Source: Eledone cirrhosa (lineage: Eukaryota). From it: a stretch of 64,000 nt of DNA. The stretch covers positions 28,706,001 to 28,770,000 of the forward strand of contig OZ024759.1 in the NCBI GenBank assembly GCA_964016885.1. The letters are read 5' to 3'. The notes under the pieces were generated by a model. That model saw only the letters and a list, made by a program, of their open reading frames with translations, had not been told where the DNA came from and ran no database searches. The position numbers and the translations under genes were made by a program. Shown in pieces: positions 15,148-30,003 of the stretch (its first letter is position 1; each line of letters opens with the position of its first letter).

Positions 15148-15286
15148 TACTTGATCACAAGAATTGTCTATTTTTGTTAATATTTTGAATTAATATTAAT
15201 AACTCCGGAAAACCTTCACTGTTGAGTGCTTCCAATCTATTGTAAAAATCATTCTTTGATTTATTCATTGATCCTTGTTTAACCTT

Positions 15287-15363
<77 letters not shown>

Positions 15364-15450
15364 AAGAGATGTCAACATGAATGGACCTGTTATTTTTATC
15401 TAAAGACATTTTTTCTAATTCCATCCCGCCCGTCCCTTCAATCTATTTTA

Positions 15451-15485
15451 TTTCTCATGAAGGACTAGCGTCCGAAACGTTAAGA
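15451..15485 (+). ncRNA. Degenerate minimal hammerhead (core CTCATGA)
   Basis: CTCATGA-A-GGAC TAGC GTCC-GAA-ACGT-T-AAGA; relative of 20661-20696. A further decayed copy lies at 13104-13130. Confidence 0.5.
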
Positions 15486-15664
15486 CCCTCTTCCTGCTAT
15501 ATCAAGCGTTAACCTAATATATCCCTTCCGTATTAACCTAATATATCCCTACTGTACTGATTGTGTTTGTATTTCTGTTTACCTTTTACATATATACATA
15601 CATATATATATATATATATATATGGGGGGGGCTAGTGTGTGTGAGTGTGTGTATGAGTGAGTGC

Positions 15665-15702
<38 letters not shown>

Positions 15703-15741
15703 GGGTGGCTAGTGTGTGTGAGTGTGTGTACGAGTGAGTGC

Positions 15742-15832
<91 letters not shown>

Positions 15833-15838
<6 letters not shown>

Positions 15839-15950
15839 TCCCCAAAAAATGTACACATACATTAATTGCCTGCACAGGTAATATTCATTTGAATGCTGTT
15901 AAAGTGTGTACACATTTTTTTTTGCGGTGGGGGGGGGGGGGGTACCCTGT
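15833..15950. mobile_element. Degenerate Tc1/mariner-type MITE
   Basis: Ends resemble CAGGGTGTCCCAAAA..TATACAC TIR; same family as 41123-41198. Confidence 0.5.
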
Positions 15951-16224
15951 GTATATATGTGTGTGGCCCCCATGTGTGTGTGTGTGTGTGTGTCACGTGA
16001 CATGTGTTGTCTTCTGGCGGTAATTTTTTTTTTATTCTACCGAACTCAGCAGTTACAGTAACCTACATCGGAGTGTGGGAGTAAGAGAGGGAGTGAGCGA
16101 GGGGGGGGGGGGGGGTAGACAGAGTAGGGTGGGGGCGAGGGTATATAGTGTTGACGGGGTGTTGAGGCTGACAATATATATTTATATTTAATTGGTGATA
16201 TATGTGTGTGTATGGATAGATAGA

Positions 16225-16480
16225 TATGTTTCTTTATTAGCCACAGGGGCACATAAGAAGGGGACAAATACAAAGGGGGAAGTTTACATACAATAAAAAC
16301 GTTTAAAATATTATCACAAATGCAGTTTAAAAATTAGTCGATTTTCCCCAATAGGGGGAGACATTACATATGGGTAACACATACCCCCGAAAAAATGTGC
16401 AACCCTCATCTCCAGGAGTACGAAGTGTTTGTACTCCTTTCCTCTCCTCCTCTTTTTCCTCAACCTACAGGCTGTGTGTG

Positions 16481-16516
<36 letters not shown>

Positions 16517-16929
16517 TATTTCTTTATTTACCATAAAGGCATAAAAAGAAGGGACAAATACAAAGGGGAGTTTACATACAATCGAGTAAAAAGGGTATAA
16601 AATGAAAATAATCGAAAACAACCTCAAAAGGGAGGGGACGTGATGGGGGTTGCACACACCCCCGAAAAAGTGTGCAATCCTTTGCCCGGGGAGCACATGG
16701 AGAAGGTGCTCCCCTCTCCTTCACTTTTTTACCTACAGGATGGTATACAGAGAAGGCCCATTTACACGAGCCATTCTCGCCACTATCACCCACCTTTCAT
16801 AAAACTGCCTGTGGCCAAGCACCTCTCTCTCCATTCTTATCCTTCTTCCGAAGTGATATCGGAAGAAGTAGACCAGACTATAGATAGATATATTTCTTTA
16901 TTAGCCACAGGGGCACAAAAGAAGGGGAC

Positions 16930-16991
<62 letters not shown>

Positions 16992-17101
16992 GTAGGTAGG
17001 TAGAGGGAGGAAGAGATAGCTGGATAGATAGATAGATATGTTTCTTTATTAGCCACAGGGGCACAAAAGAAGGGGACAAATACAAAGGGGGAAGTTTACA
17101 T
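16225..17101 (-). mobile_element. Cluster of four co-oriented Tx1/L1 3' ends separated by (GATA)n
   Basis: Copies at about 16225-16473, 16515-16880, 16889-16930 and 17037-17101. The second encodes RYHFGRRIRMEREVLGHRQFYERWVIVARMARVNGPSLYTIL*, homologous to the C-terminus of ORF 48-776. Confidence 0.85.
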
Positions 17102-17269
17102 AGATAGATAGATAGATAGACTGATGATGAGAGAGGGGGAGAGGGAGAGGGTGCAGACAAGATGGGTTCAGCTTCATATAATGCCCCCGCCCCCCATCTC
17201 ACATCTTCCATCTTAGAAACTGTTATAGCATTACACTGACACAGATATCACTGTATATATATATATGTA

Positions 17270-17303
<34 letters not shown>

Positions 17304-17368
17304 CTATGTATATATACATACTATATATATATATATATGTATATATTTATATGTATATATATATATAC

Positions 17369-17400
<32 letters not shown>

Positions 17401-17537
17401 CTTGTATTATATATGTGTGCGTGTATAAATGTGTATATATGCGTGTGTATGTATATATATATATATATATATATTTATTATTTGCGTGCGTATGCATATA
17501 CATTATATATATTCACACATACATAAACACGTCTACG

Positions 17538-17598
<61 letters not shown>

Positions 17599-18061
17599 GC
17601 ACGTATATATATATGTGTGCATGTATAGACACACACATAAATATGTATATATATATATATACATGTGTGTGTGTGTGTGTGTGTGCATGTATAGACACAC
17701 ACACATATATATATATGAACATGTGTAACGCACACACAAAGAAAAGTCGGTTAAGTGTTGTTTGGCCAATTCTAAATCTAAACAACGCAAGTCTGATGCG
17801 AAGAAATCCGTTTTCTAAGACTTCTACAACCCAAAGTAAGGAGTTAGCCTGTAGGTGGTCCATCAACATGCTAGAAATATCAGCTAAATATCCCTGAATT
17901 CACACCCTATTGTATTTTAATAAAACGTAAGGATGCATAGGATAATCAGGTTTTATTTCAATGAAATTTTAGAATCACAAATATCTTTAAAGTATTTGCC
18001 ACAACCCTGGTGATTGTTATTCTTTGGATTTGGAAAGGATTTGTGATGGCTTTTTAACAAT

Positions 18062-18237
18062 TAATTGTTTCTACTTTTGGCACAAGGCCAGCAATTATCC
18101 CAGTGCATTACTGGTACTTTATTTTATCGACCCCCGTAAGGATGAAAGGCAAACCTCGGCGGGATTTGAACTCAGACCATAAAGGGACGTAACTCTTTGC
18201 TGCAAAACATGGCGTCTGACCCTCTACCGATACTGCC
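18062..18237 (-). mobile_element. SINE family A
   Basis: Matches 13495-13674. Confidence 0.85.
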
Positions 18238-18352
18238 TGTCAGGTCAGGCGTCTGTCTGCTACTGGTACCATGTAACCCAGTACAACATACTTCATGGTT
18301 GATATCAGACCAGGTCAGGCTTGAGCTCAGCCGTCGGGGTCCTACTCGTTCC

Positions 18353-19433
18353 TATATATATATATATATATATACTATATATATATATATATATACATAT
18401 ATATATACATACATATATATATATACATATATATATACTATATATATATACTATATATATATACTATATATATATATACTATATATATATATACTATATA
18501 TATATATACACTATATATATACTATATATATATATACTATATATATATATACTATATATATATATACACTATATATATACTATATATATATATACTATAT
18601 ATATATATACTATATATATACTATATATATATACTATATATATATATACTATATATATACTATATATATATACTATATATATATATACTATATATATACT
18701 ATATATATATACTATATATATATATACTATATATATACTATATATATATACTATATATATATATACTATATATATACTATATATATATACTATATATATA
18801 TATACTATATATATACTATATATATACTATATATATATACTATATATATATACTATATATATACTATACTATATATATACTATACTATATATATACTATA
18901 TATATATATACTATATATATACTATATATATATACTATATATATACTATATATATATACTATATATATACTATATATATACTATATATATACTATATATA
19001 TATACTATATATACTATATATATATATACTATATATATATACTATATATATATACTATATATATATACTATATATATACTATATATATACTATATATATA
19101 CTATATATATATACTATATATATATACTATATATATATACTATATATATATATACTATATATATATATACTATATATATACTATATATATATACTATATA
19201 TATATATACTATATATATACTATATATATACTATATATATACTATATATATATATACTATATATATACTATATATATATATACTATATATATATATACTA
19301 TATATATACTATATATATATATACTATATATATACTATATATATATATACTATATATATATACTATATATATATACTATATATATACTATATATATACTA
19401 TATATATACTATATATATACTATATATATATAC
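18353..19433. repeat. (TA)nC compound microsatellite, about 1.1 kb
   Basis: Direct inspection. Confidence 0.95.
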
Positions 19434-19850
19434 GTACGTGTGTGTGTATCAGATCACCAAAAAGATACCTTTAAAAATAGAAAGGTTGTGGCCCTCTTCC
19501 CCCCCCCCCCCCAGCCTCACTTGTTCCACTCATCACCCCCCTCATGTCCCCACCCCTCACCCCTTACCCCAGAGCTGGTTTAAAGGTAACTTGATTGCCA
19601 CGAGCCGTAAAGAATCGAGGGGAAAACTACGAGATAAACAATTAGTGTCTTTACACTCACACACATATATACACTCACGTGTGTATATATGTGTGTGTGT
19701 GCAAGTATATATATACACACACATATATGTATATATACATTTATATATATATATATAAGCACGCACACACACACATATATATATATGTGTGTGTGTGTGT
19801 GTATGTGTGTGCTTATATGTATATATATGTGTGTGTGTGTAATTTGGTGG

Positions 19851-19879
<29 letters not shown>

Positions 19880-19887
<8 letters not shown>

Positions 19888-19952
19888 TAGTGGAGTATAT
19901 ATGTATATATATAGTTTAGTGGTGTATATATATATATAGTTTAGTGGAGTAT

Positions 19953-20000
<48 letters not shown>

Positions 20001-20165
20001 TAGTGGAGTATATATGTATATATATAGTTTAGTGGTGTATATATATATATAGTTTAGTGGAGTATATATATATATATAAATATAGTTTAGTGGAGTATAT
20101 ATAATATATATATAGTTTAGTGGTGTATATATATATATATATATATATAGTTTAGTGGTGTATAC

Positions 20166-20196
<31 letters not shown>

Positions 20197-20245
20197 GTGG
20201 TATATATATATAGTTTAGTGGTGTATATATATATAGTTTAGTGGA

Positions 20246-20287
<42 letters not shown>

Positions 20288-20290
20288 GAG

Positions 20291-20292
<2 letters not shown>
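19880..20292. repeat. TAGTTTAGTGG(A/T)G motif repeated with variable (TA)n spacers
   Basis: Direct inspection. Confidence 0.9.
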
Positions 20293-20321
<29 letters not shown>

Positions 20322-20447
20322 ACCCTGAAACTTTATCTGGAGAATTCTTTTCCCGTATTTCAAGAGAAATTCCTCAGAACAGGTCAACAGAGAGGGGGGG
20401 GTTATCTCTGAATATACTGTGCAAATTCCAGGTGTGTTTATATATAT

Positions 20448-20511
<64 letters not shown>

Positions 20512-20660
20512 GCACGCATACATATATATATATGTGTGTGTGTGTGTATATATATTTATATATATATATATATGCAAAAAGTAAACGGAACCAACAAACC
20601 AAACAACACAGTACAGTGAAGAAATATATTACTTTAAACTTTTGATATAGTAGGAAAATG

Positions 20661-20696
20661 TCTTTACGTTTCGGACACTAGTCCTTCATCAGAAGA
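20661..20696 (-). ncRNA. Minimal type I hammerhead ribozyme, intact core
   Basis: Minus strand TCTT-CTGATGA-A-GGAC TAGT GTCC-GAA-ACGT-A-AAGA; palindromic ACGT stem III; GUA site. Confidence 0.8.
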
Positions 20697-21292
20697 ATGA
20701 CAAATAATAGATGAAATAGAAGGATAAACAATGTGTAGATGAAGGACCGGAGAAAAAAAACCCTTTTGAGAAATAGGACGGGTGTATAATAGGACGGGTG
20801 TATAAAATCAGGCATTATGTGGAAATGCTGGTCAGTATATATATATATATATATATAAATATATGAAAAAATGGCGTGCTGCGTGGTTGCAAATGGGTTA
20901 CATATGAATAAAATTAGTCTTTCATCAGTGATCTTCCAGCCTTCATTGGTATTTCATCGCTTTAAAGATCATATACCTCTGGTTGGTGCGAGCAACGGCT
21001 AAAGAAAGTCGTTGGGACACGTAAAATAGGGAGAAACGAGCGAGACATGTAAACAAACAAAGATGGTAATGCAACGAAAAGTGAGGAAGAAGGAGTCAAG
21101 TCCCTGAAATCGATGAACTTATATATATATATATATAAAAGAAATAAGATTTCGCTTCAAACATAGCTTTATACAAATATGTATAGAAATTTCGTATTTC
21201 TAAAGAAACATGGTTTTAGGAAGCCGTAGCTATGCAAACACCGGGGCTAACGTGCTCTGGTGGCGTCCAGCAGAAGCAAGGGGGGGACAACC

Positions 21293-21330
21293 GTCTATGC
21301 ATTTCAGGCTTGACCGGTCTTCTTCAGGAC
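21293..21330 (-). ncRNA. Minimal type I hammerhead ribozyme
   Basis: Minus strand GTC-CTGAAGA-AGAC..GCCT-GAA-ATGCAT-A-GAC. Confidence 0.7.
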
Positions 21331-21694
21331 CGTCCCGCCCACCGTTTATGTATATATATATTACATGTGTAAAAAAAGGGTGCTTGATACAAACGTATTA
21401 AAGTACGTATGACAAATATATATCATATCTTTAAAATGTAAAAGAAAATAAACTGGTTTCCCAGGGCTCAGAAAGGTTTCATGTCGAAACCCTCTAAGCC
21501 CTGGGAAACTAGATTTTTATATAAAATCTAATAATTACATCTCGCTGATGAATGGCGTGGTACGTTGAATGAAACCATCTAAAGTCTTAGAAAAACAGTT
21601 TCTTTCGATATTCAAGAGATTTGTTTGCCCTGAGAAACTTTACAGATTTGTATCGAGGTCTTCGGTTTTTGTAAACATATGTAATATATACTAT

Positions 21695-21835
<141 letters not shown>

Positions 21836-22550
21836 CATATATTAAGGCTTCCTTAATTCTCTCTTTATATATTTATAAATGTATACATAGATACACACAC
21901 ACACACATATATATGTGTGTGTGTGTGTGTGTGATAATCAGAGTGTGAAGATATTTAAAAAGCCATCTCTCCCCCTCATAGTATCTCCAATTCTCCCCAC
22001 TCGCCACACACACCCCACACAGTATCTCTGATTCTCCCCCACATCCTTCAAAGACTCACATCTGTTTCACAGTTTGTTCAATGATTTTTAATATGAAGCC
22101 ATATACAGCCTCTACCTGCTTTATTCACTTGCAAGATATAGCACCCAAATAGCCCACCCCACCCGCGACCCCGGTATAAACGACGAAATTCTCATTGGCT
22201 AACGTAAACCTACATAATTCTGGGGTTAAAACAACATAAATAAATTAATAAATATTTAAAAATCTGAAATCCTTCGAAGTCATGTCAAGAAATTTATTCC
22301 CGATCAATACCTAATTGGAAAGATTAACCCTTTAATTAATGGTTGAAATTAATTGTAATTAATGGTTGAAATTAATTGTAATTAATGGTTGAAGATGCCT
22401 AGCCGGTATCTGGGTGATGTCGGGTTCGATTCCTCATAGCTGCCGATGGAAACTTCTTTTTTCCGTCTTTAAGGATATTCACCCTATTTTATAAACTATT
22501 TTATCGCATCTCCGCGCATGAGCAGACCATTCTTTATATTAACTTTAATA

Positions 22551-22742
22551 ATTGTTTCTACTTTTGGCACAGGGCCAGCAATTATCCCAGTGTATTACTG
22601 GTACTTTATTTTATCGACCCCGTAAGGATGAATGACAAAGTCAACCTCGGCGGGATTTGAACTCAAACCGTAAAGGGCCGTAACTCTATGCTGCAAAGCA
22701 TGGCGTCCGACCCTCTACCGATACTGCCAATCCACCGCCCTA
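22551..22742 (-). mobile_element. Full-length SINE family A with 17 bp TSD
   Basis: [20 protein letters not shown] at 22534-22550 and 22743-22759; tRNA-like head GGGCGGTGGATTGGCAG with A and B boxes. Confidence 0.9.
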
Positions 22743-23168
22743 TTATATTAACTTTAATATTGTAATGAATAACTTTCCTTTCATCAATCTCTCATCACCA
22801 TAAAGCTCTCCTCTTCCTCTCTTTCCTTCTCTCTCTATGTCTGACTCCCTCTCCTCCTCTCTCTTCATCATCCCTCTCCCCCTCCTCCCTCTCTTTCTCT
22901 CTCCTTCCCCTCCTCTCTCTATCTCACACGCTCTCACGCAATCTCGCATTTTCTCACACGCCATGCACACAACAACTTCTTCTACATTCCGGATGCTAAC
23001 TAAGACTTCCGGTGGTGGTATGGTAATTAGCTCTGACCTGACTTCCGCTCACCAACTTCCGCCAAGTGAGATGTGTGTATTTTATTGCCAACTGACACCA
23101 ATTAAATAAAGCGTAAGAATCTCACTTTAACTGGTAAACGATAGTTTGAATAACTACCTTGAACTGTT

Positions 23169-23229
<61 letters not shown>

Positions 23230-23340
23230 TAGTTTAATGGTTTGTAATTTTACGTTACTATTGGTTCACCAACTTGAGCAGTCGATGCATACATAGGTGG
23301 GTCCGTTTTAGTATTGTATATGTCATTAAGGAAACCACGA

Positions 23341-23423
23341 GTCTGATGATCTATTGATTCCAGAGTCGGGCCCGATTGATATGGATCGTACCTTGACCAG
23401 ATCAATCGCGAAACGCGCGTCAC
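23341..23423 (+). ncRNA. Hammerhead motif (GAAACGCGCGTC family)
   Basis: GT-CTGATGA-long stem II-GAA-ACGCGCGT-C-AC. Confidence 0.6.
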
Positions 23424-23470
23424 ACCTGAACAAATTTAATGATAGTACTTTGACACCTAGTTCCTACTCA

Positions 23471-23579
23471 AAGAGTTACGGCCCTTTATGATCTCAGTTC
23501 AAATCCCTTACGGGGTCGATAAAATAAAGTACCAGTAATGCACTGGGATAATTGCTGGCCGTGTGCCAAAAGTAGAAAC

Positions 23580-23583
<4 letters not shown>
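23471..23583 (+). mobile_element. SINE family A, partial
   Basis: Homology to other copies. Confidence 0.8.
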
Positions 23584-23628
<45 letters not shown>

Positions 23629-23666
23629 CGTGGAAGGAACTTTTCCCTACATTTGAAGATTTACAA

Positions 23667-23739
23667 GTTTGATGAACTATCGATTCCAAAGTCAGGCCTG
23701 ATCGTGCCTTGGGCCGATCGACGACGAAACGCGCGTCAC
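23667..23739 (+). ncRNA. Degenerate hammerhead motif (GAAACGCGCGTC family)
   Basis: GT-TTGATGA-..-GAA-ACGCGCGT-C-AC, followed by AATAAA. Confidence 0.5.
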
Positions 23740-23754
23740 GGGTGAATAAATCTA

Positions 23755-24195
23755 ATGAGTGATTCTGGCGATATCACAGAGTCCATCAGGAAAAGCATCG
23801 CACCATTCGGTAACGGTATAAAACTGAACCATCTATCTTTGACTGAGAAATGTTTATATCATAAATCCCCTTATACAATAACAAACAAGAAGACTGAGAT
23901 AATATCAACTTGCAGACACATTATGAAATATTTGCTAATTATTTTGATGGCAACGGACATTGGAACGGTGATGTTATACGTAGCGAGATGCGAAGACATC
24001 TTGTCTTTTGTTTATCTAACTACTACGAAAGTTTACTGAAAATCGAAATGCTTGGATAATAGCGTTCGGATCTAGCTGTCGAAACGGCCGGAGCTCAGCC
24101 GTCGGGGTCCCGAATCTTTTCATATTACCCACTCTACTACTGTAAGTATCCAGTACTCCGGTTCTCGGTATGGTGCACTAACTGTTGGGTTACTA

Positions 24196-24198
<3 letters not shown>
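23755..24198 (+). mobile_element. Penelope-like element remnant: endonuclease C-terminus plus pLTR with hammerhead 3' half
   Basis: LSLTEK...ITNKKTEIISTCRHIMKYLL resembles the LCLxEK...LNKRxExxxxCRHxxKxLL C-terminus of PLE GIY-YIG endonucleases. It is followed by TCGAAACGGCCGGAGCTCAGCCGTCGGGG. Confidence 0.7.
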
Positions 24199-24236
<38 letters not shown>

Positions 24237-24382
24237 ATACTTTGAGAGGGCCATGTTGCCAATAAGAAACACACGCACCAGTTGCTTTCACTTCAATTTA
24301 TTATAATAAATTTATAAATTTAGGAATTTATAAATTTCCGGTTGGTTGGTTGGTTCCACAACCAGATGGTTGTTTATATATT

Positions 24383-24425
24383 GTCAAAGTTCTTTCGTCA
24401 CACATTCTGTGACCTCTTCAGTTAC
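24383..24425 (-). ncRNA. Degenerate minimal hammerhead
   Basis: Minus strand GTAA-CTGAAGA-G-GTCACA GAATG TGTGAC-GAA-AGAACT-T-TGAC. Confidence 0.5.
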
Positions 24426-24672
24426 TGGGATTCTTTTCTTTGTTTTTTGTGCCCCTCCTTTGTTCTGTCCTACGCCATCTTGTTTTTTTTTTTGTATATA
24501 TATATATATATATATATGTAGGAGTTATATATATATATATATGACTGTGTGTGTGTGTATGTGTGTGTGTGTGTGTCTGAACATAATGGCACCAATCTAA
24601 TTGAAAAGTGAAGATGGGAAGCTATTGATACGTGAGTTGGTTTTCGAGCTTTACTGTAACAATATGTCCCTC

Positions 24673-25070
24673 CACTACCACCACCACCACCACCACCCAC
24701 CTTCACCCTACCACCACCACCACCACCACCTTCACCACCACCACCACCCACCTTCACCCTACCACCACCACCACCACCACCATCACCACCACCCACCTTC
24801 ACCCTACCACCACCACCACCACCACCATCACCACCACCACCAGCACCTTCACCACCACCATCATCCCTACCACCACCACCTTCACCACCAACAGAAGCAC
24901 CTTCACCATCATCACTACCACTATTGCCACCACCACCACCACCATCAACGACACCACCAGCAACAGCAACAACAACAACAACAACAACAACAGCAACAGC
25001 AACAACAGCAACAACAACAACAACAACAACAACAGCAACAACAGCAGCAACAACAACAACAACAGCAGCA
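24673..25070. repeat. (CAC)n followed by (CAA/CAG)n repeats
   Basis: Direct inspection. Confidence 0.95.
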
Positions 25071-25142
25071 GTACCACATTACCCCTACCTCGCGTCTCGC
25101 TAACTCAACAATTATTGAAGGATCAGATGAGTTTCCCGCGTA

Positions 25143-26530
<1,388 letters not shown>

Positions 26531-26619
26531 CTATATGTGTATTTATTGTTTTTTGCTTACATACATTTATGTGTGTACCCCGCCTCCGACATCTGGGGTA
26601 CACTGCTTACTGCACCATT

Positions 26620-29170
26620 ACTCCACTACCACCAACACCACCACTTACCGCTTCCACCACCACTACTACCTCCACTACCACCACTACCACTTCCACCACC
26701 ACCACTACTACCTCCACTACCACCAACACCACCACTTACCACTTCCACCACCACCACTACTACCTCCACTACCACCAACACCACTACTACCTCCACTACC
26801 ACCAACACCACCACCACCACCACCACCACCACCACCACCTCCACTACCAGTACCACCACCACCACCACCACCACTACTACCTCCACTACTACCACCACCA
26901 CTACCACAACCACCACCACTACTACCACCACCATTACCACCACTACCACCACCAACAACAACCCTACTACTACCACCACCACCACCGCCATCTATCACCA
27001 CCACCACCACTACCACCACCACCACCACTACCACCACCATCTATCACCACTACCACCACCACCACCACCACCACCATCATCTACCACCACTACCAACACC
27101 ACCACCACCACCACCACCACCACCACCACCACCACCACCACCACCACACTGTTCCTCTGTCTCCCCACCCTGCCGTCGTCGGCGCCACCCTCTTATTACT
27201 TCATGGCTGTTTCTGAAGAACGGTGCTGCCGCCTTGATTAACATCCGCCGGAAGCAATTACTATAATAAGTAAATCTAGAGGGAGGTGTGGTGGTGGTGG
27301 TGATGGTGGTGATGGTGGTATTGGTGTCGGTGGTGATGGTGATGGTGTTGGTGTTGATGTTGATGTTGGTGGTGTTGTAGTTATGGTGATGGTGGTGGTG
27401 TTGCTGGTGGCAGTTGTGGTGGTGGTGTTGGTGGTGGTGTTGGTGGTGGTGTTGGTGATGATGTTGGTGATGGTGTTGGCAGTTGTGGTGGTGGTGGTGT
27501 TGGTGTTGGTGTTGGTGATGATGTTGGTGATGGTGTTGGCAGTTGTGGTGGTGGTGGTGTTGGTGTTGGTGTTGGTGATGATGTTGGTGATGGTGTTGGC
27601 AGTTGTGGTGGTGGTGGTGTTGGTGTTGGTGTTGGTGATGATGTTGGTGATGGTGTTGGCAGTTGTGGTGGTGGTGTTGGTGTTGGTGTTGGTGATGATG
27701 TTGGTGATGGTGTTGGCAGTTGTGGTGGTGGTGGTGGTGTTGGTGTCGGTGGTGGTGGTGGTGATGGTGTTGGCAGTTGTGGTGGTGGTGGTGTTGGTGT
27801 TGGTGTTGGTGGTGGTATTGGTGATGATGTTGGTTATGGTGTTGGCAGTTGTGGTGGTGGTGTTGGTGTTGGTATTGGTGATGGTGGTGGTGGTCGTGTT
27901 GGCAGTTGTGGTGGTGGTGGTGGTGTCTGTGGTGATGGTGGTGATGATGGTATTTATGGTGGTGGTGGAGGTGGTGGTGGTGTTATTGGTGTTGTTGATG
28001 TTGGTTTTATTGGTAGTGGTGGCGGTGGAGGTGGTGTGGTAGGTGATGACGGTAGTGGTGGTGGTGGTGGTGATGTGGTAGTGTAGGTGATGACGGTAGT
28101 GGTGGTGGTGGTGTTGAAGATGGTGGTGGCAGCGATAATGTTGGTATGGAAAGAAAAGAGGGTGTATGTTTGTAACAAAGAGTTACCTCGCCTCCATCGC
28201 CATCATCACAACCATCACCATCATAACTACCATCATCACAACCATCACCACCATCACAACCACCATCATAACCACCATCATCATCATAACCACCATCATC
28301 ACAATCATCACCATCATAACCACCACCATCACCATCATAACCACCATCATCACAACCATCACCATCATCACAACCATCATCACAACCATCACCATCATAA
28401 CCACCACCATCACAACCATCACCATCATAACCACCACCATCACAACCATCACCATCATAACTACCATCATCACAACCATCACCATCATAACCACCACCAT
28501 CACAACCATCACCATCATAACCACCACCATCACAACCATCACCATCATAACCACCACCATCACAACCATCACCATCATAACCACCACCATCACAACCATC
28601 ACCATCACAACCATCACCATCATAACCACCACCATCACAACCATCACCATCACAACCATCACCATCATAACCACCACCATCACAACCATCACCATCATAA
28701 CCATCGTCACAACCATAACCACCATCATCACAACCATCACCATCATAACTACCATCATCACAACCATCATCACAACCATCACCATCATCACAACCATCAT
28801 CACAACCATCACCATCATAACCACCATCATCACAACCATCATCACAACCATCACCATCATCACAACCATCATCACAACCATCACCATCATAACCACCATC
28901 ATCACAACCATCATCACAACCATCACCATCATCACAACCATCATCACAACCATCACCATCATAACCACCATCATCACAACCATCATCACAACCATCACCA
29001 TCATCACAACCATCATCACAACCATCACCATCATAACCACCATCATCACAACCATCATCACAACCATCACCATCATCACAACCATCATCACAACCATCAC
29101 CATCATAACCACCATCATCACAACCATCATCACAACCATCACCATCACAACCACCATCAATACAACCATC
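26620..29170. repeat. Alternating (CCA)n / (GGT)n / (CAY)n trinucleotide-derived tracts with short unique islands
   Basis: Tracts at 26620-27148, 27285-28130 (internal 60 bp unit) and 28200-29170. Confidence 0.9.
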
Positions 29171-29793
29171 ATTTACCCAATGTTGGTGCCTGATGAGTTC
29201 ACGATATCAATCGTCATTAAAATAGGTAAAACAGTTCAATCAATAAAGGACCCTTTAACATCTACAGCTTCGTATTTTCCTCATTCTAATTATACTCCGT
29301 CATCCTTATGTTGATGAGGTAACATGACGTCGAGTGCTTACATTGAATTGCATCCTTATTTAAAGAATATAAATATATATATATATATCGGTGGTGATGG
29401 TGGTGGTGGTGTTGGCAGTTGTAGTGATGGTGGTGATGATGGTATTTATGGTGGTGGTGGTGGTGGTGGTTGTGTTATTGGTGTTGTTGATGTTGGTGTT
29501 ATTGGTAGTGGTGGCGGTGGAGGTGGTGTGGTAGTGTAGGTGATGACGGTGGTGGTGGTGGTGGTGGTGATGTTGATGGTGGTGGTGATGTTGATGGTGG
29601 TGGTGGTGGTGGTGGTGGCAGCGATAATGTTGGTATGGAAAGAGAAGTGGGTGTATGTTGGTAACGAAGGGTTACCTCGCCTCCATCATCATCATCACGA
29701 CCATCATCATATATATATATATTATATATATTACATACACTCACATATATATATATATATGAGCGCGCGCGTGTGTGTGTGTGTATGTGTGTG

Positions 29794-29859
<66 letters not shown>

Positions 29860-29927
29860 GATGCATATGTGTGTTCTGTTATTAATTCTGGCAATATTAT
29901 TAAAACAATATGACCCTCCCCAAGTAT

Positions 29928-30003
<76 letters not shown>

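Noticed and set aside
22390-22445. tRNA-like B-box GGTTCGATTCC (also about 2070, 5185 and 54365)
   Set aside because: No complete cloverleaf; decayed SINE heads rather than tRNA genes.
29186-29230. CTGATGAG followed by a hairpin (similar partial hits at 8820, 20375, 21545, 42510)
   Set aside because: No properly placed GAAA/UH or no stem I.
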